64,000 bases of DNA from Minisyncoccia bacterium (lineage in GTDB: Bacteria > Patescibacteriota > Minisyncoccia > Phycocordibacterales > JAKFXT01), in contig JBGPJO010000001.1 in the NCBI GenBank assembly GCA_041485465.1, forward strand, positions 102,190-166,189, written 5' to 3'. A model generated the notes under the pieces. That model did not search any database and was not told the DNA's origin. It saw only the letters and a program-made list of their open reading frames with translations. Made by a program: the position numbers and the translations under genes. Shown here one piece after another: positions 38,726 through 47,195 of the stretch (its first letter is position 1; each line of letters begins with the position of its first letter).

Positions 38726-38791
38726 AGCGTGTCGGCAAAAACTACGAGGAACGGTCGGAATCCTAAGTGAGAAAGAAGACGGCGGCAAATG

Positions 38792-39082
38792 TTAGAGATG
38801 GAAAAAGAAAACAGGAGCACATGCCGCAAGTGCGGCAACGATTTGAATCGCCAGAACAAAGAGCGCTTGCACGGGTCTTTGCGGCAACCATCTTATAGCG
38901 AAAAATGACACCATCAGTACTTCTAAAACCACCCAAATCTGAAAGAGATGTGCGCCCGTTCCCTCATCCGGCTCGCGGACGGGAGCGCCGAAGATTGCAA
39001 TACCAAAAACCCACGCCGCCAAAACGAGGAGGGATATTACGATTGGAATCCAAGCGCTCGGTTGTTTCAGTAGTGAGTTCAT
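38792..39082 (-). CDS. Hypothetical small membrane protein (96 aa, three predicted TM helices)
   Basis: Hydrophobic helices IPIVISLLVLAAWVFGIAIF, FQIWVVLEVLMVSFFAI and LFVLAIQIVAALAACAPVFFF; preceded by repeat copy B. Confidence 0.45.
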   Translation of the reverse strand: MNSLLKQPSAWIPIVISLLVLAAWVFGIAIFGAPVREPDEGTGAHLFQIWVVLEVLMVSFFAIRWLPQRPVQALFVLAIQIVAALAACAPVFFFHL

Positions 39083-39162
39083 ATGTTTTTAGAACCAATT
39101 GGGAGATCTGGAGGTTTCGGAGATTGCGGCATCCTGCAAAAATATAGTCGCTCTGCTCCTTA

Positions 39163-39232
39163 TTTTTGCGGTGAGGCTCGGTCAGGAACCAACCCGTTCC
39201 AAGCAATGTAAGGGTTTCTTGGCGAGTTAGCG
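39163..39232. repeat. Copy B of the ~65-nt conserved structured element
   Basis: tgcggtgaggctcggtcaggaaccaacccgttCCAAGcaatgtaagggtttCTTGGcgag. The hairpin stem covaries with copy A (ctctc/gagag versus ccaag/cttgg). Confidence 0.6.
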
Positions 39233-39345
39233 ACAAGACAAATTTAGGAGGGGCGGTCGTAGCCATATTCTTGCAATTTTAATATAAGTATGTTATACGA
39301 GATGTTAGAAAGTTTCGCTGAAATCTCTGCAACCTGACAGGAGAA

Positions 39346-39945
39346 TTGGAGATGTTTGAAAGAAAACAAGCTGCCGTTCCGGTGATTCCCCTACAACGTC
39401 CGACTCCGCGTTTGGCGATCGTTGGAAGCGAATTGCTCGGTCCATATGAGGCGATTGCACGGGAATTGAACTACAGTCCCGCCCATCTCCTCCAAGAGCA
39501 ACTGCTTCGGTTTCTCGCGGAGAACCAGATCCAGATCTACGATTACGATGCGGTCGACCATTATTTGGCCGCCATTGCCGAGAAGGTCGGAAAGGTTTGG
39601 GTCTGGCGCCCGTTGCGCAAGCAAGACACGCTGGACTGGAAGAATGAAAATGGCCACTGCCATTGGTGGGGACGAGCGCCAACCGGCGAGACAGGCCATG
39701 TGACCGCGGGCCACGGCAGTTGTCGGGCCAATGAGTGGACCTATCGTCCGTATCATCATGCAGTACCAGCGCCAATCCTGTGGAACGCCAAAAAAATCCA
39801 CGACGAATTCGGCGAGCGCGTGAAGTTCTTCGTCAGCGACTATGCCGTTCCAAAGCCCGATCCGTTCATCATGGTGACAGCACAGGACGTCGACAAGATC
39901 ATCTTCGGCGTCTGGGACGAACCAAGTTTCGGCACCAACAATTGA
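39346..39945 (+). CDS. Hypothetical protein in a GC-rich (about 55-58%) segment, probably horizontally acquired
   Basis: RBS ggag 4 nt upstream of the ATG; composition differs from flanking DNA (about 43-48% GC); no recognisable domain (WVWRPLRKQD..NGHCHWWG..). Confidence 0.4.
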   Translation: MEMFERKQAAVPVIPLQRPTPRLAIVGSELLGPYEAIARELNYSPAHLLQEQLLRFLAENQIQIYDYDAVDHYLAAIAEKVGKVWVWRPLRKQDTLDWKNENGHCHWWGRAPTGETGHVTAGHGSCRANEWTYRPYHHAVPAPILWNAKKIHDEFGERVKFFVSDYAVPKPDPFIMVTAQDVDKIIFGVWDEPSFGTNN

Positions 39946-40041
39946 TCGACACGACATCGATCGTAGAGCTCCGCACAATCGCGGGGCTCTTTTCTTTTTG
40001 ATGCGTTTCGGTCGCGTAACACCGTTTCACTAGACTACGGA

Positions 40042-40059
40042 GGTGAGAGGATTCGGTCA
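40042..40059. repeat. 18-nt exact duplicate of the tRNA-Ser(CGA) 3' end (cggaggtgagaggattcg), 155 bp from the tRNA
   Basis: Identical to 40217-40234 in the same orientation; att-like remnant. Confidence 0.6.
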
Positions 40060-40213
40060 CGAGTCACTAAGTCTTTTGTCTCACTTCGCTCACAAAAGTC
40101 TAAGTGCTCTCGACCCCGCCTCGGCGCTTCATCGTCCCCCGGACGCGCGCCTGCGACTTTCGAATCCTATCACTATAGTAATTTTCAGTATCAGAAGACA
40201 CTAAAAATTTCTA

Positions 40214-40303
40214 TGGCGGAGGTGAGAGGATTCGAACCTCTGATAGAGTTTCCCCTATACCGCATTTCGAGTGCGGCGCCTTCGACCACTCAGCCACACC
40301 TCC
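40214..40303 (-). tRNA. tRNA-Ser(CGA), type II, CCA encoded
   Basis: Reverse complement gives ggaggtgtggctgagtggtcgaaggc...cuCGAaa...long variable arm...ggttcgaatcctctcacctccgcca. Confidence 0.8.
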
Positions 40304-40385
40304 CAAAAGCCCCTGCAGGCTAGCATTTTTTTGCTGTTTTTACAAAAAATGGTATAGTGTGCGCCTGAACTTTCGAAATTTACAT

Positions 40386-40459
40386 GGCGCCATCGTCTAG
40401 CCTGGTTAGGACAGCGGCTTTTCAAGCCGTCAACCCGGGTTCAAATCCCGGTGGCGTCA
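40386..40459 (+). tRNA. tRNA-Glu(TTC)
   Basis: ggcgccatcgtctagcctggttaggacagcggcuuUUCaagccgtcaacccgggttcaaatcccggtggcgtca. Confidence 0.8.
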
Positions 40460-40483
40460 CCAAAAAAATATCTGGTTTTTTGC

Positions 40484-40740
40484 TTGACATAAATTCCCCA
40501 AAGAGTAATATCCCTAAAGGTCTTGGGGGGTCAGGGAAAATCATCAAATGGGGCACCGAGCTGAGGCGGCGACCAATTGGCGCTCCATTCCTGGAGTACC
40601 GGCGGTTTGGAAGAGAAATCTTTCGAAGTCCTTAGGGACTGCTTAGCCCAGAGGCTCATACTTAATCTTTGAGATTTCCCCTGTTCTCCCCCCGGGACCG
40701 ACCCACAAGGCTACTCACACCAAACGTGCGTGGCCTTTTT
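40484..40740 (+). ncRNA. Candidate ~220-nt structured small RNA (6S-like long irregular helix; SRP RNA not excluded) with its own promoter and terminator
   Basis: Promoter ttgaca-N16-taatat at 40484-40511. 5' GGGGGGUCAGGGAAAAUC (40532-) pairs with GAUUUCCCCUGUUCUCCCCCC (40693-), closing a ~180-nt imperfect helix. Terminal hairpin plus T7 at 40715-40740, directly abutting the tsaD ATG. Confidence 0.35.
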
Positions 40741-40742
40741 TC

Positions 40743-41924
40743 ATGAAAATACTGGCAATTGAAACGAGTTGTGACGAAACGGCTGTCGCGATTTTGGAAA
40801 TATTGGAAAAAAAGACTTTTACCGAAGTGAACATTTTAGGAAATGGCTTGCTGTCCCAAACAGGCATTCACGCGCTTTTGGGCGGAGTCGTCCCTTCTCT
40901 TGCAAAACGCGAGCACGCGAATAATTTAATTCCGATGCTCACTGTTGCGCTTCTTGAAGCAAAGTGGCTTCAACCAAAAATTTCAAAAAACAATTTTGAT
41001 AAAAAAACCGAAAACACACTCAAAAAACTTTTTTCCCATGAGCCTGATCTATTCGAAGCTTTTATAGAATTCATCCCGACAATTCAGAAACCGAAAATTG
41101 ACGTTATCGCGGTGACGGCGGGACCAGGTCTTGAGCCGGCGCTCTGGGTCGGCATTAATTTTGCGAAAGCCCTTTCTTTTGTTTTTAACAAACTGGTCAT
41201 TCCCATAAACCACATGGAGGGGCACATTCTTTCTTCCCTTCTTATTCAAAAAAGCGGGGACAATTTTATTTTAGAAAAACCGCAATTCCCCATGCTTTCG
41301 CTTCTCATTTCAGGCGGCCATACCGAGCTTGTCCTCGCAAAAAAGTCCGGCTCATACAAGATTATCGGCGAAACAAGAGACGATGCCGTTGGGGAGGCAT
41401 TCGACAAAGTGGCGCGAATGCTTAGTTTCCCCTACCCTGGCGGCCCTCACGTGAGCAAACTTGCTGAGGCGGCACGAAAAGAGAAGATTGTGAGCGAATA
41501 CCCCTTGCCCCGCCCCATGCTTAGAAGCGACGATTTCAATTTTTCTTTCGCCGGCCTTAAAACCGCTGTTCTCTATACCTTAAAAAAAACCGGAGAAATC
41601 ACTGAAGATATAAAAATGCAAATTGCCCGGGAATTCGAAGATGCCGTAACCGAGGTATTGGTAACCAAAACCAGAAAAGCGCTTAAAAAAACTGGGGCTA
41701 AAACCCTTGCCGTAGGCGGCGGCGTGATCGCCAACAAAAATATCAGAGTAAAGATCGATAAAATGATTTCGCGGGAATTTCCTGACGTAAAACTGTATCT
41801 GCCGACGCCGAACCTCACCACCGACAATGCTGTGATGATAGGCCTTGCTGGTTATTTCAGATCAAAAGACAAAAAGCTTTCGACTAAAAAGATAGTCGCC
41901 AACGGCAGTTGGCGACTTGAATGA
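40743..41924 (+). CDS. tsaD: tRNA N6-adenosine threonylcarbamoyltransferase TsaD/Kae1 (with an internal insertion)
   Basis: MKILAIETSCDETAVAIL, HMEGHILS, ISGGHTEL, ..GGGVIAN. Confidence 0.85.
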   Translation: MKILAIETSCDETAVAILEILEKKTFTEVNILGNGLLSQTGIHALLGGVVPSLAKREHANNLIPMLTVALLEAKWLQPKISKNNFDKKTENTLKKLFSHEPDLFEAFIEFIPTIQKPKIDVIAVTAGPGLEPALWVGINFAKALSFVFNKLVIPINHMEGHILSSLLIQKSGDNFILEKPQFPMLSLLISGGHTELVLAKKSGSYKIIGETRDDAVGEAFDKVARMLSFPYPGGPHVSKLAEAARKEKIVSEYPLPRPMLRSDDFNFSFAGLKTAVLYTLKKTGEITEDIKMQIAREFEDAVTEVLVTKTRKALKKTGAKTLAVGGGVIANKNIRVKIDKMISREFPDVKLYLPTPNLTTDNAVMIGLAGYFRSKDKKLSTKKIVANGSWRLE

Positions 41925-42211
41925 TTCTTTAAAAGAAAATTCAGAGAGCGATGAATACTTCCGTCTCGATGATTTTGAGCTGTTCGGGTGTTGCATAGAG
42001 ACCAGCTTGTGTAAGTCCCCTTTCGATTGCAAGACCAACCAGAATTTCTTTGGATCCTCGGGAACTATCTCCGAGTTTTTTGAAAAACCCTTGGTGCCAC
42101 GAAAGTCTTTCAGATTCCGATGACATAGCGTTCTATCCCCTATTTTTGAAACTCTTTTCTTAGTATAACACCTTTTGAAATAGGGCTAATTCTCGTGCTA
42201 TTATTGCCTTT

Positions 42212-44347
42212 ATGCACGAAAAATTCGGGAAGCCGTACGATCCGAAAGCGACCGAAGAAAAAATTTACCGCCTCTGGGAGGAAAGCGGCTTTTTCAATCC
42301 CGACAATCTCCCTGGCAAGCGAGAAAAACCCTTTACAATCATTATGCCCCCGCCTAACGCAAACGGCTCTCTCCATGCCGGACATGCCGTATTTGTTGCG
42401 ATTGAAGACCTTATTATTCGATATCAAAGGATGCGGGGCTATCGCACACTCTGGCTCCCCGGAGCGGATCATGCCGGTTTTGAAACACAGGTAGTGTACG
42501 AAAAAAAGTTGGAAAAAGAAGGACGGTCACGGTTCGGAATGGAGCCAGAAGTGCTTCAGAAAGAAATAATGGAATTTACGCTTGGGAACAAGCGGTTTAT
42601 GGAAGGACAATTGCGGCAACTCGGAGCGTCCTGCGACTGGAGCAGGGAAAAATTTACCCTTGATCCGGATATCGTTAAGACCGTTTATGAAACCTTTAAA
42701 AAGCTTTCGGATGATGGCCTCGTCTACCGGGGCAAACGAATTGTTAATTGGTGCACGAAACATCAGACCTCGCTTTCGGAACTTGAAACGATCTCCGAAG
42801 AGAAAACTGACCCCCTCTATTACATAAAATACGGACCGTTTGTTGTCGCAACCGTGCGACCCGAGACGAAATTCGGCGATGTTGCTATTGCCGTTCACCC
42901 AAACGATACGCGCTACAAGAAATATATCGGCCAGGAAATAGAAATCGATACCCTTATCGGAAAAGCAACACTCTGGGTTATTTCGGATGACTATGTTGAT
43001 ATGAATTTTGGCACGGGAGCGCTTAAAGTGACTCCGGCACATGATCCGAATGATTTTGATATGGCTTTGAGGCATACATTACCCTCAATTGAAGTGATTG
43101 ATCAGTACGGGAAGCTTAATAGCTCCTGCGGCAAGTATGCCGGGCTTAAAGTGGAAGAGGCGCGAAAAATTATTGCGGAAGACCTAAAAACCGCGGGACT
43201 TCTTGAGAAGGTGGAGGAAAACTACAAGCACAGCGTAAAGAAGTGCTACAAATGTGAACGGGTGCTTGAGCCACGCATTTTGCCCCAGTGGTTCATTACA
43301 ATGAAGCCCCTCGCTAAATCCGCCATCAAAACAATTGAGAACGACAAAATTATCTTTTACCCTGAGCACTACAAGAAAATAGTCCTTCACTGGCTCAATA
43401 CCATTGAGGATTGGAACGTCTCCCGTCAAATAGTCTGGGGTATCCCCATCCCCGCGAAACTATGCGATTCCTGTAACCAAGCCTTTGTTGATATTGACGA
43501 TTCAATTACGAAATGCTCTTCCTGTGGCGGAGCGCTTCGGAAAGACCCCGACACCTTTGACACGTGGTTTTCCTCCGGCCAGTGGCCGTTTGCAACGCTC
43601 GGTTACCCGGAAAAAGATGATTTTAAAAAATTCTATCCAACCCAGGTTATGGAAACCGCCGGAGAAATCATTTTCTTTTGGGTGGCACGAATGATTATGC
43701 TCGGACTGTACCGGACCGGAAAAATTCCATTCGATACTGTCTACCTTCACGGTATCGTCACCGCGAAAGACGGCAATAAGATGAGCAAGAGTAAGGGGAA
43801 CGTCATAAATCCGCTTGAATTCTCAGAAAAATACGGAACAGACGCGCTCCGCATGGCTCTTATCATTGGAAATACCCCGGGGACGACAACGGCTATTTAT
43901 GAAGAGAAAATTAAAGCCTATAAGAATTTTGCCAATAAAATCTGGAATGCCACTCGGTTCATTTTGTCCTCTCACAATAATTTTGATTTCACCAAAAAAC
44001 CAACGCTTACCGAAAAAGACGAGGAGCGGCTTTTGGAACTTGAAAATCTTATCGCCGAGGCGACAAAAGACATTGAAGAATATCGATTTTACCTTGCCGG
44101 AGAGAAACTCTACCATTACTTTTGGCACACCTTTGCCGATGTTATTATTGAAGAGTCTAAACCGCGGCTACGAAGTGAGAATGAAGAAGATACCTATTCC
44201 TGCCAGTTCACCATTTTTACAATTCTCACCAAAATGCTTAAGACACTTCACCCTTTTATGCCCTTCATAACCGAAGAAATCTGGACTTCCCTTCCCAAAC
44301 ACACCGAGAAGAACCTTCTCATGGTCGAGCCGTGGCCAATTTTCTAA
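42212..44347 (+). CDS. valS: Valyl-tRNA synthetase (short form without the C-terminal coiled-coil)
   Basis: PPPNANGSLHAGHA (HIGH), CP1 editing domain, KMSKSKGNV (KMSKS). Confidence 0.85.
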   Translation: MHEKFGKPYDPKATEEKIYRLWEESGFFNPDNLPGKREKPFTIIMPPPNANGSLHAGHAVFVAIEDLIIRYQRMRGYRTLWLPGADHAGFETQVVYEKKLEKEGRSRFGMEPEVLQKEIMEFTLGNKRFMEGQLRQLGASCDWSREKFTLDPDIVKTVYETFKKLSDDGLVYRGKRIVNWCTKHQTSLSELETISEEKTDPLYYIKYGPFVVATVRPETKFGDVAIAVHPNDTRYKKYIGQEIEIDTLIGKATLWVISDDYVDMNFGTGALKVTPAHDPNDFDMALRHTLPSIEVIDQYGKLNSSCGKYAGLKVEEARKIIAEDLKTAGLLEKVEENYKHSVKKCYKCERVLEPRILPQWFITMKPLAKSAIKTIENDKIIFYPEHYKKIVLHWLNTIEDWNVSRQIVWGIPIPAKLCDSCNQAFVDIDDSITKCSSCGGALRKDPDTFDTWFSSGQWPFATLGYPEKDDFKKFYPTQVMETAGEIIFFWVARMIMLGLYRTGKIPFDTVYLHGIVTAKDGNKMSKSKGNVINPLEFSEKYGTDALRMALIIGNTPGTTTAIYEEKIKAYKNFANKIWNATRFILSSHNNFDFTKKPTLTEKDEERLLELENLIAEATKDIEEYRFYLAGEKLYHYFWHTFADVIIEESKPRLRSENEEDTYSCQFTIFTILTKMLKTLHPFMPFITEEIWTSLPKHTEKNLLMVEPWPIF

Positions 44348-44348
44348 T

Positions 44349-45050
44349 ATGCCCACTCCGACAACACTTCTTTGGGCATTTTTCGGGGGCATTATTCCGG
44401 CACTTTTATGGCTTCTCTTCTGGCTCCGGGAAGACAAGATGTCGCCCGAGCCCCGCGGGCTTATCACCCGAACATTTATTTTTGGCATGCTTGCGGTCGG
44501 AGTCGCACTTTTTGCCGAAAATGAAGTTAACACTATCGCCGTTTCCGGTAGCATACTTTCAATTATATTGTGGGCAGTAATAGAGGAAGTATCAAAATTC
44601 GGCGCAGCATATTTCGGAGCGCTCCGAACAAAAGAAAATAATGAACCCGTCGATTCGATGATTTATCTCATCACCGCGGCTTTGGGTTTCGCCGCCCTTG
44701 AAAACGCGTTCTTTCTTATCGGGCCGCTTAATCAGGGCAATCTAATCGAGAGCCTTGCCACCGGAAATCTGCGTTTCATCGGCTCAACCCTTCTTCACGT
44801 TATTACCTCAGGATCAATAGGGATTTTCGCCGCGTATGCCTTCTGCGAATTGCGTCTCAAAAGAGAGCTATTCGTTGGTATGGGCCTTATCCTCGCGGTT
44901 GCGTTGCATGCCTTCTTCAATTTCTTTATACTAAAGGGCGACAACAACCTGCTTATTATTTTCGGCTCTGTCTGGGTTGGGGTCGTGCTTCTTATCCTCT
45001 TTTTCGAGCGGGTAAAGCGCATCAACCGAACCTGCGTTACTAGTAGCTAA
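44349..45050 (+). CDS. PrsW-family intramembrane metalloprotease
   Basis: Polytopic membrane protein with AVIEEVSKF (EExxK) and ALHAFFN (FxxxH-like) motifs. Confidence 0.65.
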   Translation: MPTPTTLLWAFFGGIIPALLWLLFWLREDKMSPEPRGLITRTFIFGMLAVGVALFAENEVNTIAVSGSILSIILWAVIEEVSKFGAAYFGALRTKENNEPVDSMIYLITAALGFAALENAFFLIGPLNQGNLIESLATGNLRFIGSTLLHVITSGSIGIFAAYAFCELRLKRELFVGMGLILAVALHAFFNFFILKGDNNLLIIFGSVWVGVVLLILFFERVKRINRTCVTSS

Positions 45051-45056
45051 AAGTAC

Positions 45057-45527
45057 ATGAATAGAGAGAAAAAATCATTTTTTGAACGATTGACCGGCAC
45101 TATCAACATGGCCTCGGAGAATGATGTCGAGGAAGTTGTTCGGACAAAAACCCCAGGCAAAAAAGATAAAGAAAACTGGATGGAAGAGGAGGGCGGCGTT
45201 GGGGAGCTTGCTGTTGATGTCTACCAGACACCAGAGAATATTTTCATTAAAACAATGGTCTCAGGGGTGAAGCCTGAGGATCTTGATGTATCAATAACGA
45301 GGGATATGGTAACGGTTGGCGGCAAGCGCGAAGAGGCGCGAACTGCAGGAGATGACGATTATTTCCTAAAAGAACTTTATTGGGGAGAATTTTCCCGCAC
45401 TATTTTACTACCGGCAGAGATTGAACCGGAAAACGCCGAAGCATACGAAAAACACGGGCTTCTCATCATTCGACTTCCGAAGGTAAACAAAGATAAGCAA
45501 ACGAAATTACGCGTTAAGTCATCGTAA
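45057..45527 (+). CDS. Small heat-shock protein (Hsp20/alpha-crystallin)
   Basis: Alpha-crystallin domain LAVDVYQTPENIFIKTMVSGVKPEDLDVSI..GVLTI-like ending. Confidence 0.85.
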   Translation: MNREKKSFFERLTGTINMASENDVEEVVRTKTPGKKDKENWMEEEGGVGELAVDVYQTPENIFIKTMVSGVKPEDLDVSITRDMVTVGGKREEARTAGDDDYFLKELYWGEFSRTILLPAEIEPENAEAYEKHGLLIIRLPKVNKDKQTKLRVKSS

Positions 45528-45537
45528 ACTTAAAAAG

Positions 45538-45568
45538 AAAAGCCCCGCATTTCAGGCGGGGCTTTTTA
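45538..45568. terminator. Bidirectional terminator between hsp20 and the DUF218 gene
   Basis: aaagccccgc atttcag gcggggcttttt. Confidence 0.6.
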
Positions 45569-46066
45569 GACGTCCTTAAAGAACTTTTTTAAAAGCGATA
45601 GGATAAACCCGATAAAGGCGATCGGGAACAGAATCGCTTCAGTGATAATTTCCCGAAGAGAGTAAGGGCCGACTGGAGAGAACGAAAGTCTCGGGAGAAT
45701 TTTCGGCCAGAGATATCGAAAGAGCAACCTGGTCCTCGGTACGTGGTAGGGACCAGTAATGATGGTCAGTCCATCGATCCTCGACCGATCGGTGAACATC
45801 TTTTTGACGTTCAAAATTCTCTCCGCAGTCGATCGGGCCTCGCATTCGAGGTGGAGGTGGTGGTCTTTGATAAAAGAAGGAATGCCCTCCGCGGCAACAT
45901 CGGCCTCAGAAGGAAGCCCTTTTCTTGTTGCTCCTCCGGTAATAATGATCGAGTTAACTTCCTTCTCATCAAGAAGTTCAAGGGCTTTTTTGACTCGAAG
46001 TTTGAGCTCTGGGTGAATCCGCTCCCCCTTTCGAGGCTTTTTTCCGAAAACAACCGCAAAGGACAT
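45566..46066 (-). CDS. DUF218/YdcF-like (ElyC/SanA superfamily) protein with a C-terminal TM helix
   Basis: SIIITGGATRKGLPSEADVAA..; DUF218 core. Confidence 0.65.
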   Translation of the reverse strand: MSFAVVFGKKPRKGERIHPELKLRVKKALELLDEKEVNSIIITGGATRKGLPSEADVAAEGIPSFIKDHHLHLECEARSTAERILNVKKMFTDRSRIDGLTIITGPYHVPRTRLLFRYLWPKILPRLSFSPVGPYSLREIITEAILFPIAFIGFILSLLKKFFKDV

Positions 46067-46328
46067 TGGGGTCTCCTCTAATTGATTCCGTAGTTTTCTA
46101 TGAACTTTTTACCATAAAATGATAAAAAGTTCACTGTTATGCGAAATAAAAATCCAATAACCCGATTATTAAATTTTGCTCTGTGCCGAGGGGAAGAAAG
46201 GCAAACTTCTTTGCCTTTCTTCCGGTTCTCCGCAGGAGAATGCGCTGTTATTGAGCGGAGCAAAATAAGCGCAAGGAGGACCGACCAGAGGCACAAAATT
46301 AAAAGCCCTTTCGGGCTTCTTAATTTTG

Positions 46329-46402
46329 TGCCGAGGGGCGGAGTCGAACCGCCGACCCTTTGTTCTTCAGACAAATGCTCTAACCAACTGAGCTACCTCG
46401 GC
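46329..46402 (-). tRNA. tRNA-Phe(GAA)
   Basis: Reverse complement gives gccgaggtagctcagttggttagagc...cuGAAga...ggttcgactccgcccctcggca. Confidence 0.85.
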
Positions 46403-46427
46403 ATGAAACTATCTTCCCAAAAAATAG

Positions 46428-46706
46428 TTATTTATTGTTCAATCCTTGAAAATTTTTCAGACTTTCCTGAAGAGCACTGAAATTCGGCATAGAACCGCCC
46501 ACATCTTTATATGCCTTAAGAAGGCTATCGAGATACGGCTGGACATAATAATATGTCCCAACCGTAAGCGCAATAATGATAAGCCATTTGAGTAAACTAA
46601 AGAATTGGCTTATCCGCGCTGATCTTTGCAATCTCCGCAGGATTTTATTGTTTTCCTGGCTAAGATTTAGTGTTTCCTCAAGAAGTCGTTTGTCGTATGG
46701 GGGCAT
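46428..46706 (-). CDS. Hypothetical small membrane protein
   Basis: Single TM (LLKWLIIIALTVGTYYYV); 92 aa. Confidence 0.4.
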   Translation of the reverse strand: MPPYDKRLLEETLNLSQENNKILRRLQRSARISQFFSLLKWLIIIALTVGTYYYVQPYLDSLLKAYKDVGGSMPNFSALQESLKNFQGLNNK

Positions 46707-46775
46707 ACTCTAAAACACTATAGCAAAAAAACGCCAATTTTAAAAGAATATTGCCGCGTGCTATAGTCACTCCAC

Positions 46776-46857
46776 GCTCTCGTAGTTAAATGGATATAAC
46801 TGCCCCGTCCTAAGGGGTTATTGCAGGTTCGATTCCTGCCGAGAGCACAGAAAAGTT
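46776..46857 (+). tRNA. tRNA-Arg(CCT)
   Basis: gctctcgtagttaaatggatataac...guCCUaa...gcaggttcgattcctgccgagagca. Confidence 0.8.
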
Positions 46858-46860
46858 AAG

Positions 46861-46902
46861 CGTAAACGAAAAAACCACCCTGAGGCGGTTTTTTCGTTTA
46901 CT
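46861..46902. terminator. Bidirectional terminator (15-bp stem) between tRNA-Arg and the glutaredoxin gene
   Basis: gtaaacgaaaaaacc ..loop.. ggttttttcgtttac. Confidence 0.65.
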
Positions 46903-46914
46903 TATCCTTCTTAA

Positions 46915-47148
46915 TTATATACCAAGAGCGTTTTTAAGTGCACCCTCGTCATACCCAATAATAATTTGTCCGTCTATATCAATAACCGGAACTCCCATCT
47001 GACGGGTCTTGTCGATCATTTCCTTCCGCTTCTCAAGATCACTGGCAACATTATATTCCGCGTACTGAATATTATGGGTCTTGAAAAACTCTTTTGTCAT
47101 TTGGCAAAAGTGACACGTCGGGGTGGAATATATTTTGACGTTTTTCAT
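46915..47148 (-). CDS. Glutaredoxin-like protein (NrdH/Grx fold). Start reassigned to internal Met MKNVKIY; the longer track ORF overlaps tRNA-Gly.
   Basis: KIYSTPTCHFCQMTKEFF (CxxC) ..GVPVIDIDGQIIIGYD. Confidence 0.7.
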   Translation of the reverse strand: MKNVKIYSTPTCHFCQMTKEFFKTHNIQYAEYNVASDLEKRKEMIDKTRQMGVPVIDIDGQIIIGYDEGALKNALGI

Positions 47149-47195
47149 TAATTTCTTACTCTCATGGCTTATAGTCAAGTTATTATAGCATACAC

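Noticed and set aside
38638-39266. Track ORFs 38638..38859(-) and 38964..39266(-) with similar C-terminal peptides
   Set aside because: The similarity is produced by the two copies of the repeated element. The frames begin inside neighbouring genes or intergenic DNA.
39391-39978. 195-aa minus-strand ORF overlapping the GC-rich plus-strand ORF
   Set aside because: High GC yields long open frames on both strands. The plus-strand frame has a proper RBS-ATG, while the minus-strand frame has none and is Arg/Ala/Cys-biased.
40518-40740. SRP RNA (ffs) assignment for the candidate ncRNA
   Set aside because: gucc-uuag-ggacugcuuagcc only loosely resembles the domain IV GGAA-tetraloop/AGCAGCC consensus. 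Left as an unclassified candidate.
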